Origin: a virus
Taxonomy: Duplodnaviria > Heunggongvirae > Uroviricota > Caudoviricetes
Length of the DNA: 37,459 nucleotides
Reading direction: 5' to 3' (one strand)
IMG/VR virus record: IMGVR_UViG_3300022562_000399
The position numbers and the translations under genes are program-made. The notes under the pieces are model-generated. The model was not told the DNA's origin, ran no database searches, and saw nothing but the letters and a program-made list of their open reading frames with translations. Shown in pieces: positions 34,836 through 37,459 of the stretch (its first letter is position 1; each line of letters starts with the position of its first letter).

Positions 34836-36131
34836 TTACAGGGTCAGGCCGGGCCTTGCCCCTCGGTCACGTCGTGCCAGTCCGGTGTCGAGAAAGGGAA
34901 GCTCATCCCCAGCGCGACCTCGAAGGCCGTTGGTGTTCTTGATCACCCGTTGCGTCGGTTCGTCGTCGCTGGTGTGAATCGTTCCATGCACGGCCTCGGC
35001 AGCCTCGTCGGCAGCCTTGGCTACCGTTTCGACTCTCTCCGTGACCTCGTCGAGCTTGGTCTGGATCGGTGCAACCGCCTCGGCAACAGCCGACTTGATG
35101 ATGCTCACCCAGTCCGCACTCGGCTCGGTAGCAGGGGCTTCGGTCGCTTTCGCTTCCGCTTCCTTCGCCACCTGGATCTCGGTCCCGGCTTCGGTCTCCG
35201 TAGCCTCGTCGGCCTTGGCTACCTCTTCCGTGACCTGCTCCGACGTTGCACCCGTGTCGGCCTTGACCACTTCCTTGTCGGAAGCAGCGTCGGCTTCGGT
35301 AGGCGCCTCGTCACTCTTCACGGCCTCGACCTTCTCGGTCTGCTCCGTGTTGCTCTTGCTCTCGGTCTCGACCGGAGCCTCGTCACCCTTGGTGACTTCC
35401 TTGGTCTCGGTCGGGGTCTCGGTACCATCGGCGGTCTTCGCTACGGTCTCGACCGGCTTCTCCTGAGCCACGACCTTCGGTGCGCTCTTCAGGATCGAGT
35501 CCAGCTTGAACGCCTCGACCGGCAACGAACCAGCCAGCGCCATGACGTAGGAGCGAAAATCTTCGATGGCCTTGGACACCGTAGTCACGGCAACGGATTG
35601 GTTCTCCGCTTTCTGCACCGAGTTGTAGATGGTGTCGTGCAGCATCGAGATGCCGAGTTGCACTCCAGGCAGGAACCCAGCCGAAGCCAGGTTGTCCGCG
35701 AACGAGACGCTTTCCGGATACGTGGCCAAGCCCTTCTCGACGTTGGCCACGACGATGGCATGGTTGTCGTCGAGCTTCATGACCACGCGCTCGCCTCGTA
35801 CGTCTGCATCCTGCACGAACAGGACAGCGTCCTCCGTCTCTTCGACGGTGTCGATGCTGAATCCCGCCGCCTGGAGGTGCAGCTTGCTTGCTTCGAGATC
35901 AGCCGCCTTGCTCACCGCCACGCTTGACACGCGGGGGCCCTCCGGCTTGCTGGTCCCGAAAATCGAACCGAATGAAATCTTCATGTCAGAGTCCTCCGCT
36001 CCTGGTTGGTCGCTGTGTTTGAGGATGCGCCAAGGGATCATGTTGGCTCCCGCCTTCACGATGGAGATGCGCCGAACGTCCACGTCCGACATTTCCTGCA
36101 CCTCAATCACAGCTTTGATCTTGTCACGCAA
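34836..36131 (-). CDS. Capsid scaffolding protein (probable), 431 aa
   Basis: Between protease and MCP. N-terminal VRRISIVKAGANMIPWRILK, long acidic low-complexity E/A/T/K linker (about 35130-35460) and helical C-terminus. No Cys seen. The TTG start overlaps the protease stop. Confidence 0.65.
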   Translation of the reverse strand: MRDKIKAVIEVQEMSDVDVRRISIVKAGANMIPWRILKHSDQPGAEDSDMKISFGSIFGTSKPEGPRVSSVAVSKAADLEASKLHLQAAGFSIDTVEETEDAVLFVQDADVRGERVVMKLDDNHAIVVANVEKGLATYPESVSFADNLASAGFLPGVQLGISMLHDTIYNSVQKAENQSVAVTTVSKAIEDFRSYVMALAGSLPVEAFKLDSILKSAPKVVAQEKPVETVAKTADGTETPTETKEVTKGDEAPVETESKSNTEQTEKVEAVKSDEAPTEADAASDKEVVKADTGATSEQVTEEVAKADEATETEAGTEIQVAKEAEAKATEAPATEPSADWVSIIKSAVAEAVAPIQTKLDEVTERVETVAKAADEAAEAVHGTIHTSDDEPTQRVIKNTNGLRGRAGDELPFLDTGLARRDRGARPGLTL

Positions 36132-36903
36132 CTGCGTCTGCCTCGCCTACGACAGAGAACCGATGGACATGGCCTTCTGCTTTCTCCGTCACTGTTGCTC
36201 GTCGGATCGCGTGGGAGTGGCCGTCCACTTCGTTGGTCTGCCCACCCAGGAACTCTCCGCTTTCATTGAATCGTACCACGAAGGAGTGCTTGTGGCCGGA
36301 AATTTCGTTCGTCAACCCCTCCACCATGGGGTCCACTTCGATCTCCACAACCTTGACCTGCTTCTTGCAGACCGCGTCCATGGAGAACCCGTTGAACTCT
36401 CCGGACTTCACGGCCGCCCAGGTGTCAGCGTCGGGGATGTGAACGCCGACTACCCAGGCCCCAGGCACGAATACGGGATCACCGTCTCTCGCGATGAAGG
36501 ACTCGACGACAGAGTGGGTGTATCGGTCGTCTACTTGGTCGTGATTTTGGTCGATGGCGTGTTGGTGCCCTTTTGTCAAGAACTTGTGCGCCATTTTCCG
36601 GATCTCATCCGGACGCATGAAGTCGCCTTGGGTGTCAGGCACCCATGGAACGTAGACCTCCGACCACACGATCTGCAACTCGTCGTCGGTCTTCTTGACC
36701 TCGCCGGGCAGGGGTTGCGGAGGGGAGATCACTGCCGCCTTCTGCACCTCGTCGGTGCCCTCGGCCACGTGCTTCAAGATCTCGACCAGGACGATCTCGT
36801 CGCTGGTAGTGGGTTGGCCTAGGGTTTCGAGGAGGGCCGTGGCGGCTGCTTTTCTGGTGGTGGCGTCCATGGGCGATGCACTTGTCTGCACCATTATACC
36901 CAT
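36124..36903 (-). CDS. XkdF-like putative prohead serine protease
   Basis: QIVWSEVYVPWVPDTQGDFM..DEIRKMAHKF...IDQNHD...VVESFI...GAWVVGVHI.D..TWAAVKSGEFNGFSMD matches the XkdF family pattern. The true start may be downstream (MDATT). Confidence 0.88.
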   Translation of the reverse strand: MGIMVQTSASPMDATTRKAAATALLETLGQPTTSDEIVLVEILKHVAEGTDEVQKAAVISPPQPLPGEVKKTDDELQIVWSEVYVPWVPDTQGDFMRPDEIRKMAHKFLTKGHQHAIDQNHDQVDDRYTHSVVESFIARDGDPVFVPGAWVVGVHIPDADTWAAVKSGEFNGFSMDAVCKKQVKVVEIEVDPMVEGLTNEISGHKHSFVVRFNESGEFLGGQTNEVDGHSHAIRRATVTEKAEGHVHRFSVVGEADAVA

Positions 36904-36921
36904 GGGGTGGGGGTGTGCGGG

Positions 36922-37137
36922 CTATTTCGTGCCGAGCGTCTTGGGGTCCACCGTCGGCCACACCTTCGGGATGTCCAGGGCGATGCCCAACTTGGCCATG
37001 TCCTCCAGATCCTTGGCCACGCCCTCGCGGAAGGCTTTGGCTTCGGGGGTCTGGAGCCGGGCCTGCCGCTTCAGCGCCAACTCCATGATGATCTCGACCA
37101 TCTCGTCTTCGGTCAGGGTTCCGTCTTTGTGTGCCAT
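36922..37137 (-). CDS. Small hypothetical protein, 71 aa (MAHKDGTLTEDEM...)
   Basis: The ATG at 37137 lies 11 nt after the upstream stop. The longer 145-aa track version overlaps the neighbouring gene and is unlikely. Confidence 0.55.
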   Translation of the reverse strand: MAHKDGTLTEDEMVEIIMELALKRQARLQTPEAKAFREGVAKDLEDMAKLGIALDIPKVWPTVDPKTLGTK

Positions 37138-37148
37138 TGCAACTATCT

Positions 37149-37457
37149 TCACTTGTAGCGTTTGCGCAGCTTGCGCATCTGCTCTTGATTGTCGAACGGG
37201 TTCAACTCCCCATGGTACTCCGCCTTCTGCTCCCACAAGAAGTCCTCGTGCTTGAACCGCTTGCGGTGGTCGTAGAGGTTCTTGAGGATCACCGGGGGGA
37301 TGCCCTTCTCGAACGCCTTGCACGTCTTGTCCCCGTTGTAGTGCACGCACTGATTGCACTGGCTCGGGTTGATCTTCTGGCCCGGTACGTTCTGCCTCTC
37401 GCGCATGGTCACGAGGCGGTCGCGCGCCTTGTCCTTTCGTTCGGATCGGGAAGCCAT
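37149..37457 (-). CDS. Hypothetical phage protein with a CxxC-x8-C...H motif, 102 aa
   Basis: CNQCVHYNGDKTCKAFEKGIPPVILKNLYDHRK. The ATG overlaps an upstream TGA (TGATG at 37455-37459), showing coupling to an off-window gene. Confidence 0.75.
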   Translation of the reverse strand: MASRSERKDKARDRLVTMRERQNVPGQKINPSQCNQCVHYNGDKTCKAFEKGIPPVILKNLYDHRKRFKHEDFLWEQKAEYHGELNPFDNQEQMRKLRKRYK

Positions 37458-37459
37458 CA

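Larger units (their letters stand above)
1..37459 (-). mobile_element. Tailed phage or prophage head-tail morphogenesis region (siphovirus-like), incomplete at both ends
   Basis: Collinear protease-scaffold-MCP-connector-tube-chaperone-TMP-Dit-DUF1833-NlpC-J order on one strand with tight gene overlaps. No sheath or baseplate wedge genes. Free phage versus prophage cannot be decided from this window. Confidence 0.95.

Noticed and set aside
36922-37359. 145-aa version of the small ORF
   Set aside because: Its first 74 aa overlap the better-supported 37149-37457 gene in another frame, so the start was trimmed to 37137.

Overview
This window is the virion-morphogenesis region of a tailed dsDNA phage or prophage. 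All real genes are on the minus strand, and no integrase or host genes are visible. From the right end the order is: two small ORFs, XkdF-like prohead protease, scaffold, major capsid protein, hypothetical protein, head-tail adaptor, tail completion and terminator proteins, tail tube (no sheath, so siphovirus-like), tail chaperones joined by a G-GGA-AAC -1 frameshift, 869-aa tape measure, Dit, DUF1833, NlpC/P60 and a 2.1-kaa gpI/gpJ-like tail tip with inserted carbohydrate-binding-like domains. The unusual part is 1-18068, the position where tail fibres normally lie. It holds four overlapping, translationally coupled genes of 1029, 3118, 917 and >962 aa. The last runs off the window and is missing from the ORF track, so I translated it by hand. 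All four begin with a Sec-type signal peptide, are cysteine-rich, and combine phage-fibre motifs with beta-helix, LamG and SGNH-esterase modules. This points to an exported, disulfide-bonded glycan-binding or glycan-degrading appendage system in a tailed phage. All domain calls come from motif recognition by eye; no searches were run.
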